From a virus, in the IMG/VR virus record IMGVR_UViG_3300022839_000006, positions 29,896-93,895 of that record: DNA of 64,000 nucleotides. The stretch is one strand, 5' to 3'. The translations under genes were made by a program, and so were the position numbers. Every line of letters starts with the position of its first letter. Within the stretch, counting starts at the first letter, position 1. This document shows positions 18,692 through 29,093 of the stretch, piece after piece. Under the pieces are notes generated by a model. It was not told the origin of the DNA and did not search any database. It saw only the letters and a program-made list of their open reading frames with translations.

Positions 18692-19501
18692 ATGACAGAT
18701 GTGATTGAAATTCAAAAAACAGATGCTCGTACCAAGATGCTTCAACGTGTTCTGAATCTGCGAGCAAGAGCAGAAGATTCTGGTTCGTCCGAAGCAGAAA
18801 TGAACACAGCATTTGTTATGTGTGAGAAGCTAATGGATTCGTACAACATCGAGGAAGCAGAGCTCGCGATTGCAGAGGCCTCAGGCGAAATCAAGCTAGA
18901 TGTGATCACAAAAGAAGTTGACACTTCCATTCGCAAAGGCAAGAAACAGCTTCACAAAGTCCTCAACTGTCTAACTGGAATTGCAGCCTTCACTGAGACG
19001 CAAGCGGTATATTCTAAATGGGCAGGAACAGCGACGTTCACAGGTCACCGTCCAGATGTTGCGCTTGCAGATTTTCTTGTTGCGGTGATTAAAGAGGCCC
19101 TTGACCGCGAGTACGATTCATATCGGCGGAATACACCTGCAGTAGGATATGGAGCAAAAACATCGTTTACCAACGCCATGTCATACCGTGTCAATTGTCG
19201 ACTTAAAGAAATGGTAGCAGAGCGCACTGCGACTCGCGAATCAAATAAAGTAAAAGCAAAACAGCAGATGATCGAGAACGAGGCAACAGCAACATCTACA
19301 GCACTTGTAGTCTCAGAGATTGCGGAACAAAAAGCAAAAGAAGTTTCGTCTGAATTCGCTAAAGCACATCCCCGAGTCCGTTCTGTGTATACGCACTCCC
19401 GCTCATCAAACGGCACTGCACATGGTGCAGGTCGAACAGCAGGTGATAGGGTCAATCTGGGCCGTGCAATTGGTCAAGGGACAACAAAGTCTCTTGCATA
19501 A
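18692..19501 (+). CDS. hypothetical protein
   Basis: ORF from MTDVIEIQ; coiled/charged middle and a Ser/Thr/Gly-rich C-terminus. Confidence 0.5.
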   Translation: MTDVIEIQKTDARTKMLQRVLNLRARAEDSGSSEAEMNTAFVMCEKLMDSYNIEEAELAIAEASGEIKLDVITKEVDTSIRKGKKQLHKVLNCLTGIAAFTETQAVYSKWAGTATFTGHRPDVALADFLVAVIKEALDREYDSYRRNTPAVGYGAKTSFTNAMSYRVNCRLKEMVAERTATRESNKVKAKQQMIENEATATSTALVVSEIAEQKAKEVSSEFAKAHPRVRSVYTHSRSSNGTAHGAGRTAGDRVNLGRAIGQGTTKSLA

Positions 19502-19562
19502 GGTTGACACCAAACGGTAGGTGATGTATAGCTTGTAGTGTAGAAGCGGTGGAGAAATTGAC

Positions 19563-20012
19563 ATGCTACATACGATTGATTCGACAGGTTGGGACACACT
19601 CACATCTTGGTGTGTCCCAACCGCGATCAGTTTTCTTTCTGGGATTCCTCTGATCCATTCTCACTCTCGTGCCGCGTTTATTCAAGACAAGGCCTTGAAA
19701 GAGGTTAAGGGCGTGTACGCTGCAGAGGCGCTGTTGATGCTCAGAGAACAGGGATATAAAGGCGAGAGGGTCGATCTCAGCAGCCGATACAATGATGCCC
19801 CCAGGCTCAAGAAATTTCTCGAAGGTCGTACATCATGGGAGAAGGGCATGCCTCTCATGATTCAAGTTGAGGATTCCAAAGATTTCTGCCATATGATTGC
19901 AAGTCATTATGGATATGCCGCTGACAATCATACAATGAAGCCTGTTGCAATTGACAAATTCCCTCACCTTAACAAATATGTGACATCAGCTTGGGTTGTG
20001 TCAAAACTTTAA
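19563..20012 (+). CDS. hypothetical protein
   Basis: 149-aa ORF. Confidence 0.5.
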   Translation: MLHTIDSTGWDTLTSWCVPTAISFLSGIPLIHSHSRAAFIQDKALKEVKGVYAAEALLMLREQGYKGERVDLSSRYNDAPRLKKFLEGRTSWEKGMPLMIQVEDSKDFCHMIASHYGYAADNHTMKPVAIDKFPHLNKYVTSAWVVSKL

Positions 20013-20023
20013 TGGAGAATAAT

Positions 20024-20197
20024 ATGAAACTACTTTTAGGACTACTGTTTGTTCTTATGGTTACGTTCGTGCCGTTTGTACTGATCTGGGCAGTGAACAT
20101 TCTATTTCCGATTGCTGCCATCCCGTTTACATTAGAGACTTGGTTGGCTGCATTTGTGATCGGCTCTCTGTTTACTAAAACCACTTACACGAAATGA
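20024..20197 (+). CDS. small 2-TM membrane protein
   Basis: MKLLLGLLFVLMVTFVPFVLIWAVNILFPIAAIPF. Confidence 0.4.
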   Translation: MKLLLGLLFVLMVTFVPFVLIWAVNILFPIAAIPFTLETWLAAFVIGSLFTKTTYTK

Positions 20198-20448
20198 TGG
20201 AGAACACTGTGAATGGACACAAATTGGACGGCAATGCGATAGCTGTAGATGCGTATTACAATCAAAATATAGTGACAGACAATGCAATGAACATTCTTGA
20301 AGCGTTGTCAAATTCGGAGTTTGAAGATATTGCACAGGAGCTGTCTGATTGTGACGACAATTTTGATTATGCTGCACCAGAAGATGCAGTACTTGATTAT
20401 ATCGTTGCCAATATTGGGTTGTTTAACCCAGACCTCGAAGAAAGATGA
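20194..20448 (+). CDS. small acidic hypothetical protein
   Basis: 84-aa ORF with ATGA overlap. Confidence 0.45.
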   Translation: MMENTVNGHKLDGNAIAVDAYYNQNIVTDNAMNILEALSNSEFEDIAQELSDCDDNFDYAAPEDAVLDYIVANIGLFNPDLEER

Positions 20449-20583
20449 ATCACATGGACAGCAAACCAACCGTAACGGAAGTAAAGCTAAGCGAAAATAC
20501 AATTACTGAGATGTTTACTGTACTAGGTGCACACGTTTCTGGAACCACGCCTCTTGATTATTTTGATCAATGGGGTGATGAGG

Positions 20584-20796
20584 ATGAATAAAGTATTGGA
20601 GTTTCTAAAACTGTGGATGTCATCTGTTGCTGTCATAACTGCCATAATCCTGGTGCTCCTTATCTTCATTTCAATAGTAGTGTGGAGCTTTCCTATAGCA
20701 AATCCGTTCACCTGGTTGTTGCTGCGACTCGTCCTATCAATTGGTTTTATTTTTGCATGTATCCTCACACTTTTCGACATTTTTGAGGGATTGTAG
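20584..20796 (+). CDS. small membrane protein
   Basis: Start at MNKVLEF; two hydrophobic helices. Confidence 0.4.
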   Translation: MNKVLEFLKLWMSSVAVITAIILVLLIFISIVVWSFPIANPFTWLLLRLVLSIGFIFACILTLFDIFEGL

Positions 20797-20852
20797 TTCA
20801 CATTACACGTCTAGTCAGCTATGTTGTATGAGCAGCAACCTGCGTTTTAATT

Positions 20853-22871
20853 ATGAAAACAATGAGGAACTTAATGACAAACTTTTTAATCTTTTCGAGG
20901 CTTGTACGTGACCAATTCGATAAAATGTCGGAGGGTGAACTACACGTCACAGACATCTCCACAGACGTTCTGTGGGACACGTACATGTCGTCGTTCCCAG
21001 AAGGAACGGATCCGATGTACAAAGAACGGACCGAACACGATTGTAATTGCTGCAAGCAATTTATTCGTAACATCGCAAACGTGGTTTCTATTAAAGATCT
21101 AGCAGTCACAACTGTTTGGGACGTTGCGGTGCGTGACGCTCCATATCCATACAACAAAGTTGCACAAGCAATGTTTGAGATGGTACAGGCAAGTAATGTC
21201 CATACGATTTTCCACAAGTCTGAATCGCATTATGGTCAAGAAACAAATTTTCAACAGCTTGAAGACAAACAGGTGATCGAGTGGCATCACTTCGAAGCTA
21301 AGTTGAAGCCAAGATTTGTGTCTGATGATGGTCCCACCTTGATCTCTGAAGCAAATTCGAACGCTCAGGTGTTCCGTCGTGGTCTTGACGAGCTAAGACT
21401 GTCGGCAGTCGAATCGGTTTTGGATCTGATCAATTCCAACAGCATTTATCGTGGTGAAGAATTCACATCAATCGTGTCTGAGTTCAAAAAACTGAAAGCT
21501 GCATACAGCAAATTGAACTCTGACAATGCAAGAGCAACGTTCATCTGGGAAAACTTGTCCAGCTTTGCATCGCGTTTTCGCAACACTGCTATTGGAACTT
21601 TGGTTCAAGACCTATCCAACGATGTCGAACTGGAGTCGGCAGTCCGGATGTTCGAATCCAAAGTCGCGCCGGACAATTACAAACGGACGACATCACTCAT
21701 TACACCTAACATGATTAAAGATGCAATGAAGACGGTTGATGATTTGGGAATTGCAGACAGTCTACAGCGCCGCTTCGCAATCCTTGCTGATGTAAGTGTG
21801 AATGATGTGCTTTTTGTCGATAATCAATCGCGAAGTCTGATGAAAGACAGTGGTCTCACTCAATTGCTTATGGAGGAGGTAAAACCAAAGCAGGTGTCGA
21901 CAGACCGTGCAACCAAGATCACCATTGAAGACTTCCTTGAGACTGTTCTCCCCCGTACAGAATCTGTAGAACTTCAGATGAAAAACACAATGTCAGGCAA
22001 TTTGATGAGTCTGACTGCTCCAATTAACGAAGATGCCCCCAAACTGTTTAAATGGAACAACGGTTTTTCATGGTCCTATAACGGCAATGTGGCCGACTCC
22101 ATGAAAGAAAAGGTAAAGCGTGCAGGTGGCAATGTTGATGCCCAACTACGTGTAAGTCTCAATTGGTTCAATACGGACGACTTGGACATTCATGTAAGAG
22201 AGCCTGATGGTAACACCATCAACTTTAGTAACAAGTCTGGCAAACTTGATGTAGACATGAATGTTAGCCAGCCTGTTCGTGATGCTGTAGAAAATGTTCG
22301 CTGGCTGTCAAAGCCTGCAGACGGGACATATACTGTTTCGGTGAAGAATTACACAGTTCGCGAACGTGTAGATGTTGGCTTCAATCTTGAAGTAGAGTCG
22401 GATGGGATACTGTATGAATTCTCTTATGCTAAACCTGTCCATGGGATGGTGCAAACTATCGAAATTGATGTTCGAGACGGCAAAGTGATGAAAATCGAAA
22501 AGCTCGCTGGTGTAGTAGAAAACTCTTCGGCCAAGGACATCTGGAACCTCAAAACAGAAGCGTTCGTCAAAGTCAACACCATCGTTACAAGTCCAAACTA
22601 CATGGAAGACGATGGTGTAGGGAACAAGCATTGGTTCTTTGTACTTGATCAGTGTGTAAACCCTGACGCAACACGCGGATTCTACAACGAGCAGCTCCGT
22701 GGCGATCTTACAAAGCACCGAAAGGTATTCGAGATCCTTGCAGACAAATTAAAATGTGAGCACACGACGGATCAGATGAGCGGAGTGGGATTCTCGTCTA
22801 CAAAGAAAGATGCTGTTGTCGTTCACGCTAAAGGTAGTACACTTAACCAACTATATGAAATCAACTTTTAA
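20853..22871 (+). CDS. large hypothetical protein (672 aa)
   Basis: Long uninterrupted ORF; no motif I can assign confidently. Confidence 0.6.
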   Translation: MKTMRNLMTNFLIFSRLVRDQFDKMSEGELHVTDISTDVLWDTYMSSFPEGTDPMYKERTEHDCNCCKQFIRNIANVVSIKDLAVTTVWDVAVRDAPYPYNKVAQAMFEMVQASNVHTIFHKSESHYGQETNFQQLEDKQVIEWHHFEAKLKPRFVSDDGPTLISEANSNAQVFRRGLDELRLSAVESVLDLINSNSIYRGEEFTSIVSEFKKLKAAYSKLNSDNARATFIWENLSSFASRFRNTAIGTLVQDLSNDVELESAVRMFESKVAPDNYKRTTSLITPNMIKDAMKTVDDLGIADSLQRRFAILADVSVNDVLFVDNQSRSLMKDSGLTQLLMEEVKPKQVSTDRATKITIEDFLETVLPRTESVELQMKNTMSGNLMSLTAPINEDAPKLFKWNNGFSWSYNGNVADSMKEKVKRAGGNVDAQLRVSLNWFNTDDLDIHVREPDGNTINFSNKSGKLDVDMNVSQPVRDAVENVRWLSKPADGTYTVSVKNYTVRERVDVGFNLEVESDGILYEFSYAKPVHGMVQTIEIDVRDGKVMKIEKLAGVVENSSAKDIWNLKTEAFVKVNTIVTSPNYMEDDGVGNKHWFFVLDQCVNPDATRGFYNEQLRGDLTKHRKVFEILADKLKCEHTTDQMSGVGFSSTKKDAVVVHAKGSTLNQLYEINF

Positions 22872-22882
22872 GGATAAAAAAT

Positions 22883-23281
22883 ATGAATATGTTTGAACGT
22901 GCAACACGTAGTAAATATACTTTTGCGACAAGTGTTGGCCTCATCGGTGTAACAGATCTTTGGGACCTGCCACTGACCTCACAGCGTGGTGCAAACCTGA
23001 ACGACGTAGCGAAAGAAATCAATCGTGTTTTGAAATCGCAAGACGAAGATGACTTTGTGTCCATGTCTATCAATGTGAAAAAGACACAAAACGAGTTCAA
23101 GCTCGAACTGGTTAAGTACATCATCTCCGTAAAGCAGGCAGAGAATTCAGCAAGCCTCGAGAAAAAGACCAATGCAATGCGCAAAGAGAAGTTACTTGCG
23201 TTGTTGGCTAAGAAAAACGACGATGCTCTTGAAAGCAAAACCATCGAAGAAATTCAACGGGAAATCGAAGCTCTGGCATAA
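22883..23281 (+). CDS. hypothetical protein
   Basis: 132-aa ORF, RBS AAGGATAAAAAATATG. Confidence 0.5.
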   Translation: MNMFERATRSKYTFATSVGLIGVTDLWDLPLTSQRGANLNDVAKEINRVLKSQDEDDFVSMSINVKKTQNEFKLELVKYIISVKQAENSASLEKKTNAMRKEKLLALLAKKNDDALESKTIEEIQREIEALA

Positions 23282-23289
23282 GAAAAAGA

Positions 23290-23658
23290 GTGGTGATGGC
23301 AAACACTATCACCACTCCATCTACTGACACGCTTTCCACACAAAAAACAAATCGGAGAAAAGTAATGGAAGATCAAACACAAAACGTCGAAGATTGCTCG
23401 GGACAGAGCGAGTACGCCACTGAAGAGGATGCGCGCGCTGATCTGATCAATACCAACGCAGGAACTGTCCTCGAGGAGATTATGAACTTGCTCGAAAACG
23501 GCACATTGGACGAAGATACACTTTTGGCTGACACCTATGGGAGAATGGCTGCTCTTGAAATGATTGGGTTTTCTACTCTTGAATTGGCAGAATCTGCTAT
23601 GGAAACATCAGAATTTATGATTGATGTAAATAGCGAACCTGTTGATGGGGAGGAATGA
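23290..23658 (+). CDS. acidic hypothetical protein, paralog A
   Basis: Shares LENGTLDEDTLLADTYGRMAALEMIGFST with the next ORF. Confidence 0.45.
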   Translation: MVMANTITTPSTDTLSTQKTNRRKVMEDQTQNVEDCSGQSEYATEEDARADLINTNAGTVLEEIMNLLENGTLDEDTLLADTYGRMAALEMIGFSTLELAESAMETSEFMIDVNSEPVDGEE

Positions 23659-23662
23659 AAAC

Positions 23663-23896
23663 ATGACCAAAGAATTGCAGAAGCCTGAGACGTTTGTCAC
23701 TCAGATGGTGATGGATATCCTCGCGCGGATTGACAGCGGATCCTTAGATCATGCTACATTTTTGTCTGAGACATACGCACGTGTGGTGTGTGCGGAGATC
23801 TTAGGATATTCGACAGACAGCATGCAGACAGATGCAAAAATGGCTGCCAAGGAACTAAGTGACATCGCCTACGAAAAAGAGCCGAAAGATTTCTGA
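23663..23896 (+). CDS. acidic hypothetical protein, paralog B
   Basis: IDSGSLDHATFLSETYARVVCAEILGYST is similar to the preceding ORF. Confidence 0.45.
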   Translation: MTKELQKPETFVTQMVMDILARIDSGSLDHATFLSETYARVVCAEILGYSTDSMQTDAKMAAKELSDIAYEKEPKDF

Positions 23897-23944
23897 TTTG
23901 ATGTGGTATAATCACAATTGATAAAGTAATTATGTGTGTAACAC

Positions 23945-23976
23945 AACACACCTCTACTTATAAGTAGAGGTGTGTT
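23945..23976. repeat. 32-bp perfect palindrome (16-bp arms, AACACACCTCTACTTA|TAAGTAGAGGTGTGTT)
   Basis: Verified base by base; lies between the paralog B stop and the helicase start. Confidence 0.8.
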
Positions 23977-24003
23977 CAAACTGAAAAAATGTGAAAGAGT
24001 ATT

Positions 24004-25119
24004 ATGTGGAATGATCAACAAAAAGCAGCGCTCGTTGATGTAAATAGGTGGTTCATGGAATACAAATCGGCCCCAAATAAAAGATCAGTAAAACCTTGGT
24101 TTTCTCTGCAAGGTTTTGCGGGAACGGGAAAAACGACACTGGCAAGGCACTTTGCTGAAGGGATTGATACGCCTGTTTTCGCAGCCTTTACAGGGAAAGC
24201 AGCTCTTGTCATGCGTAAAGCAGGGTGTGAAGGTGCGAGGACAATACACAGTCTGATCTACATTGCAGAACAGCATAAGACGACAGGTGCACTCACGTTC
24301 AGGCTAAACAAGCAGAGTGCGTTGGCTGATGCGGACCTGTTAATCATTGACGAATGTTCGATGGTCAACGAGGAGATTGGCAAGGATCTGCTGTCTTTTG
24401 GAGTTCCGATTCTTGTTCTCGGCGATCCAGAGCAGTTGCCTCCTGTCGATGGAGCAGGCTTCTTCACATCACGTAAACCTGATGTTATGTTGACAGAGAT
24501 CCACAGGCAGGCTAAGGACAGTCCTATTATTCATCTTGCTACAATTGCAAGGTCAGGGCAGATGCCTGACATCGGAACATATGGCGATTGCAGAGTCGTC
24601 TCAAAGATCTCGTCCTCTGATGCACTTGATGCTGATCAGATCCTTGTTGGGCGAAATGTTACACGAGAAGATTTGAATCGCAAGATGAGAAAAATGTTGA
24701 AGTTTACGTCTGACATGCCTTCTGCTAAAGAAAAACTGATCTGCCTAAAAAATGATCGCGATCTTGCCATTTTCAACGGTGGAATGTTTACAGTGCTCGA
24801 GCCAATTCAGAACAAATACAAGACCCAATTCAGCTCCTATATGGTGAATTCAGAGGACGATGAGGATCGTCAGCCATTCACTATCAAAGTCCACAACAGT
24901 TTCTTCGTATCAGACGTCCCTGTACCAAACTGGAAACTACTCAAAGGATCGCAAAGTATGGACTACGCATACTGCATTACGACACACAGAGCTCAAGGTA
25001 GCCAATGGGGCAACGTCCTTGTGTATGGGTCTGAATCGTACGTGTTTCGTGACGATCAATACAGATGGCTTTACACAGGGATTACACGTGCACAAGAAAA
25101 ATTAACTCTTGTGGTGTGA
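24004..25119 (+). CDS. dda: Dda/RecD-like SF1 DNA helicase
   Basis: Walker A GFAGTGKT, Walker B LIIDECSM, VLGDPEQLPPV, TEIHRQ, YAYCITTHRAQGSQW, TGITRA. Confidence 0.8.
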   Translation: MWNDQQKAALVDVNRWFMEYKSAPNKRSVKPWFSLQGFAGTGKTTLARHFAEGIDTPVFAAFTGKAALVMRKAGCEGARTIHSLIYIAEQHKTTGALTFRLNKQSALADADLLIIDECSMVNEEIGKDLLSFGVPILVLGDPEQLPPVDGAGFFTSRKPDVMLTEIHRQAKDSPIIHLATIARSGQMPDIGTYGDCRVVSKISSSDALDADQILVGRNVTREDLNRKMRKMLKFTSDMPSAKEKLICLKNDRDLAIFNGGMFTVLEPIQNKYKTQFSSYMVNSEDDEDRQPFTIKVHNSFFVSDVPVPNWKLLKGSQSMDYAYCITTHRAQGSQWGNVLVYGSESYVFRDDQYRWLYTGITRAQEKLTLVV

Positions 25120-25163
25120 AAGACAATAATGTAAAATGTTTTGAACACAGACAAGGAGAGATT

Positions 25164-25739
25164 ATGAGCAGGGACATTTGGTTCTTCAGCGACCACCATT
25201 TTGGACAATCGAGTATTTTGAAGTTTACCGACAAGGACGGAAATCTTGTTCGTCCTGGCTTTGCTGATGTCGCTGAGATGGACAACTACATGATTGAAAT
25301 GTGGAACGCATCGATCAAACCAGGCGATATTGTATATCATCTTGGAGACATTGCATTTGACAAGCAAAAGTTCACTGATTCAATATTGAATCAGTTACAG
25401 GGAAGGATTCGATTGGTAGTCGGCAACCATGATGATATTAAGTTGATGTCATCGTTGCCTAAAATTCAAAAGATTTTAGAGAGTCGAAGGTTTGATGATC
25501 ATATGTTCATTGCCAGTCATAGACCATTGCACCCTCACAATCTGTGGAACCATAGAAAGATGTGCCCGTTGATTAATCTGGTCGGACACATTCACAGTAA
25601 CGATCCTCCACCTGACCAATACATAAACGTCTGTGTTGAGAGGACAGGATACAAGCCAATACACATCGACGACATTGCACAACAAGCACATATAATGATT
25701 CAAAATTTAGAGGAGGCATACAATGAGCAAATTACCTAA
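25164..25739 (+). CDS. metallophosphoesterase
   Basis: FFSDHHFGQ...HLGD...GNHD...GHIH; RBS AAGGAGAGATTATG. Confidence 0.65.
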   Translation: MSRDIWFFSDHHFGQSSILKFTDKDGNLVRPGFADVAEMDNYMIEMWNASIKPGDIVYHLGDIAFDKQKFTDSILNQLQGRIRLVVGNHDDIKLMSSLPKIQKILESRRFDDHMFIASHRPLHPHNLWNHRKMCPLINLVGHIHSNDPPPDQYINVCVERTGYKPIHIDDIAQQAHIMIQNLEEAYNEQIT

Positions 25740-26874
25740 GAATCCGCTTCCGTTTTCGGTTCCTGGTTGCTACCTTGCGGGTGGGGCGATTCTTTCCACA
25801 GTAACCAAAACAGAAATATCAGATTATGATCTTTACCCAAAGTCTAAAGAGGCGATGATCACGCTGTTCTACATTTTGCAAGAATCGAACTGCTTTGTGG
25901 TCAATTATTCGGACCGAGCGGTGACATGGAAGTGCAATGACGTTGTAAAAGACAATGGCGAGCGCGGCATCATTCAGGTGATGACGTTTGACACATTTGA
26001 AAATCCCGAAAAGATTTTTGACTTTTTCGATTTCTCTGTTTGTATGGGCGCATTTGACACAGATACGCTTGAATACCATTTTCACAAAGACTTCTGGCCT
26101 TCTGTGGCAAGCAGAACACTGTACTTCAATCCTAAGACAAAATACCCATTAAATAGTCTGACACGCGTCAGTAAGTACACGTCCAAAGGATACCACTTAC
26201 CTAAGACACAGTCGATCAAAATGTCTCTTGCTGTGATCAACTCAGGGATGCCAACATCGTGGGAAGAACTTGAAGCAGCCATTGGCGGATCTTACGGCAG
26301 ACAGATCAAAATTATGGTTACGGATAAAGAATTCTCATACGAAGCTGCATTGGAAATTCTGGGCGATCTTGTTCTTGATATCGATGTAGTGACTGAATCG
26401 TACGACAAGATTAAGGCCGAACACCTTGAGGTGAGCGTCACTGGCTCGACTGTTCCAATTCTAACAATTCCATACAGTAACAACAGCATGAATTCAAGCT
26501 CCAAAACATATAAAATAGTTAATGGCGCTGCTGTTCCTATGGACGCTGCTGAAAAGACTGCTTTGACGTTGCTCGGCGTCAATATGGAGGAAATTGACCC
26601 TAACACGATGTTTAACGGATACAAGTGGATGACACATGTAGATGGCAACACGTATGAAGGACTCTTCAACTTCAAAAGGGTTCAATACACAATGAAAGAA
26701 GAAACCGGTGAGATCACAGGACTATACAACACTCCTGAAATGGCACTTCAGCCGCCAAGTTCAGCACAAACTTCACTGTGCATGTTTTCATTCGTTGCAT
26801 CAGACATAACCAGTGCAACGTCGAGAGATTTTCACGTCAAGCGTTCCACATTTCAAGAGGTGGTCAAATGTTGA
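25723..26874 (+). CDS. hypothetical protein, possible Pol-beta-superfamily nucleotidyltransferase
   Basis: N-terminal GCYLAGGAIL followed 14 aa later by DYD resembles the GG...DxD head-domain signature; the rest is unassigned. Confidence 0.4.
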   Translation: MSKLPKNPLPFSVPGCYLAGGAILSTVTKTEISDYDLYPKSKEAMITLFYILQESNCFVVNYSDRAVTWKCNDVVKDNGERGIIQVMTFDTFENPEKIFDFFDFSVCMGAFDTDTLEYHFHKDFWPSVASRTLYFNPKTKYPLNSLTRVSKYTSKGYHLPKTQSIKMSLAVINSGMPTSWEELEAAIGGSYGRQIKIMVTDKEFSYEAALEILGDLVLDIDVVTESYDKIKAEHLEVSVTGSTVPILTIPYSNNSMNSSSKTYKIVNGAAVPMDAAEKTALTLLGVNMEEIDPNTMFNGYKWMTHVDGNTYEGLFNFKRVQYTMKEETGEITGLYNTPEMALQPPSSAQTSLCMFSFVASDITSATSRDFHVKRSTFQEVVKC

Positions 26875-27158
26875 AACTCGTAGAAATAGTCCTCCATGTT
26901 GTTAGTTTTCTCACAATGGTCTTGATTAGTCTAGCATTGTGCGGTTTGACTATCTCTGTGTTGTTGGGGATCACAATGTTCTTGACATGGACCGTGCCTG
27001 CAGGAGCGCTGTTCCATTGGGGCATTCTTAGAGGGCTGGTTGTAATATCAATAGGAGTCTCGTTGTGTTGGGCCATTTCGTCTGAAAGCAAGGAATGGGT
27101 GGACGAATCACTTGAGACATTAAAAAACGGACCAATTCAATTTTCAAAGGGAGAATAA
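26868..27158 (+). CDS. membrane protein (3 TM)
   Basis: Start overlaps the upstream stop (ATGTTGA). Confidence 0.45.
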   Translation: MLKLVEIVLHVVSFLTMVLISLALCGLTISVLLGITMFLTWTVPAGALFHWGILRGLVVISIGVSLCWAISSESKEWVDESLETLKNGPIQFSKGE

Positions 27159-27160
27159 CA

Positions 27161-27328
27161 ATGGCTACAGCAGAACAATACGCAAACTGGTGCATGGGAC
27201 TAATTCGAGGAGACGATCACATTGTTGATGATATATATTCAGCAATGTACGATGATGGTTTTATGGACGATGATCAAGAATGGACTATCGTCGATGCCGA
27301 TGCCGATGATGATGATGATGACAGCTAA
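27161..27328 (+). CDS. small highly acidic protein (55 aa)
   Basis: RBS AAAGGGAGAATAACAATG; followed by a 10-bp-stem hairpin. Confidence 0.3.
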   Translation: MATAEQYANWCMGLIRGDDHIVDDIYSAMYDDGFMDDDQEWTIVDADADDDDDDS

Positions 27329-27491
27329 GTTAAAATGTGGAGTGTCATAAAAAGCACTCCACATTACTGTTGGTTATGTATACGGACGAAGAGCCCAAGT
27401 TTGACTACAAGGAGCAAGGACTTCCTGTTGCAGATCGCACAGATCTGAAGTAAAGTCAGAGAATATAATTATTAGTTAAGGAACAAGGCAT

Positions 27492-28838
27492 ATGCACGAT
27501 ATTATCAATGCTCTGTGTGAAAACAACAGTGCAAACTACAAGCTCGGCGTTCTGAAGGAACATAAGAGCAACGAACAGCTCAAGCGTGTTTTGATGATGA
27601 CATACGACAAGGTTGCATATCGTTACTACATTACGATGAACCATTGGAACAAACCTGAGACATCTCCGTTTGTTTCCAACTCAATCCCAACATTGTCTTT
27701 AGACGATGCTCTCGACTTTCTGGAGACTAAGCTGTCCACAAGAGAGGTTACAGGCAACGCTGCGATTGAACAGATGGATGTGGTTTTTAGGTCTCTCTCT
27801 GATGAAGATCGCAGTGTAATGACGAAGGTGTTGAACCGCGATCTTCGGATTAATTGTGGACGAACACAGATTAATAAGGTGTTTCCGAGCCTGATTAATA
27901 GGCCCGTTTACATGCGCTGCGGAATCTACAACAAAGACACTGCAAAGAAGATTAATGTTGTAGGGGCCATTGTTCAGCTCAAAGCGGACGGCACGTATCG
28001 CGAGTTCGTGTGTGATGCAAGTGGCACGTCATCAAGCTCGCGATCGGGTGAAGAATATGAATATCCTGTGCACTTTGATCTAATGAAGGATTATCCAAAC
28101 GGACACTATTTTGGAGAATTGACAGTGATCAACGAAGACGGCACTGTGATGAATCGCGCTGAGGGCAATGGTCTTATCAACAGCAGTGCACCTCCTCATA
28201 GTCAAATCGTGTTCGACGTTTGGGATTACGTCACTCCCGAAGAGTATGCGACAGCTACGAAGAAAGAGAAGTGCAAGACACCATACGCCACACGATTGGC
28301 AGAGTTGCGCAAAATTCTTATTGACAATACATCTCCACAAATCAGACTGATCGAAACGCATGTTGTAAACACCATGAGCGAAGCTCTTGGACACTGTATG
28401 AAATGGATGAACGATGGACTTGAGGGTGCAATTCTAAAGGACTCGAACTCTGTGTTCCGTGACGGCACCAACCCACAACAATTGAAGTTGAAGCTGGTCA
28501 TTGATCTTGATTTGAGGATTGTAGGATTCCAAGAAGGCACTGTTGGAACGTCACGCGAAAAAACATTCGGTGCAATTGTGTTTGAGTCTGACGATGGCAA
28601 GATTAAAGGTCGAACATCAGGGTTCACAGATGCACTATTGAAAGATTTCAATTCCCGTCGTGCAGAAATGATCGGCAAGATTATTACAGTCCAATGCAAT
28701 GATATTACAAAGGGACGAGACAACGATTTTTACGCTCTCTCCCACCCACGGTTTATTGAGGTTCGTGATGATAGAACAGATACAGACACGCTCCAACGTG
28801 CTCTCGAGACCAAGAGAATGGCAATGGATCTGTCTTGA
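27492..28838 (+). CDS. ATP-dependent polynucleotide ligase (likely DNA ligase)
   Basis: Motif I KADGTYR, motif IV/V region EGAILKD...KLKLV, C-terminal OB-like region; 448 aa. Confidence 0.6.
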   Translation: MHDIINALCENNSANYKLGVLKEHKSNEQLKRVLMMTYDKVAYRYYITMNHWNKPETSPFVSNSIPTLSLDDALDFLETKLSTREVTGNAAIEQMDVVFRSLSDEDRSVMTKVLNRDLRINCGRTQINKVFPSLINRPVYMRCGIYNKDTAKKINVVGAIVQLKADGTYREFVCDASGTSSSSRSGEEYEYPVHFDLMKDYPNGHYFGELTVINEDGTVMNRAEGNGLINSSAPPHSQIVFDVWDYVTPEEYATATKKEKCKTPYATRLAELRKILIDNTSPQIRLIETHVVNTMSEALGHCMKWMNDGLEGAILKDSNSVFRDGTNPQQLKLKLVIDLDLRIVGFQEGTVGTSREKTFGAIVFESDDGKIKGRTSGFTDALLKDFNSRRAEMIGKIITVQCNDITKGRDNDFYALSHPRFIEVRDDRTDTDTLQRALETKRMAMDLS

Positions 28839-28881
28839 AAATGTCGTTGATTTACATCTTTAACTGGCGTAAGATGTAAGC

Positions 28882-29064
28882 ATGGAACAATACTTCTTGC
28901 TGTTATCCCTTGCTGTTTTAATCGTGATCTTCGTCAGGGGGACATTTATCGTGTTCAGTCAAAACTTCTTGATGGCAACAATGTTGCTCTTCGTGCTCCC
29001 CCCATTACTTTTTGTTTGGATCGTGTATGTGGGCATTTTCATGAGAACTCAAGATCCAACATAG
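28882..29064 (+). CDS. small membrane protein; its C-terminal codons are formed by repeat R1
   Basis: 60-aa ORF, two TM helices. Confidence 0.35.
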   Translation: MEQYFLLLSLAVLIVIFVRGTFIVFSQNFLMATMLLFVLPPLLFVWIVYVGIFMRTQDPT

Positions 29065-29093
29065 TAACAACATAAAGGACGAATAAAATGAAC
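29029..29093 (+). repeat. repeat units R1 (29029-29061) + R2 (29065-29093)
   Basis: R1 GTGGGCATTTTCATGAGAAYTCAAGATCCAACA recurs at 29372-29404; R2 TAACAACATAAAGGACGAATAAAATGAAC recurs at 30953-30981. Confidence 0.8.

Noticed and set aside
20853-22871. Assignment of the 672-aa protein as a T4 Alt-like ADP-ribosyltransferase
   Set aside because: Only the length is similar; no convincing R/STS/ExE motif arrangement was found.
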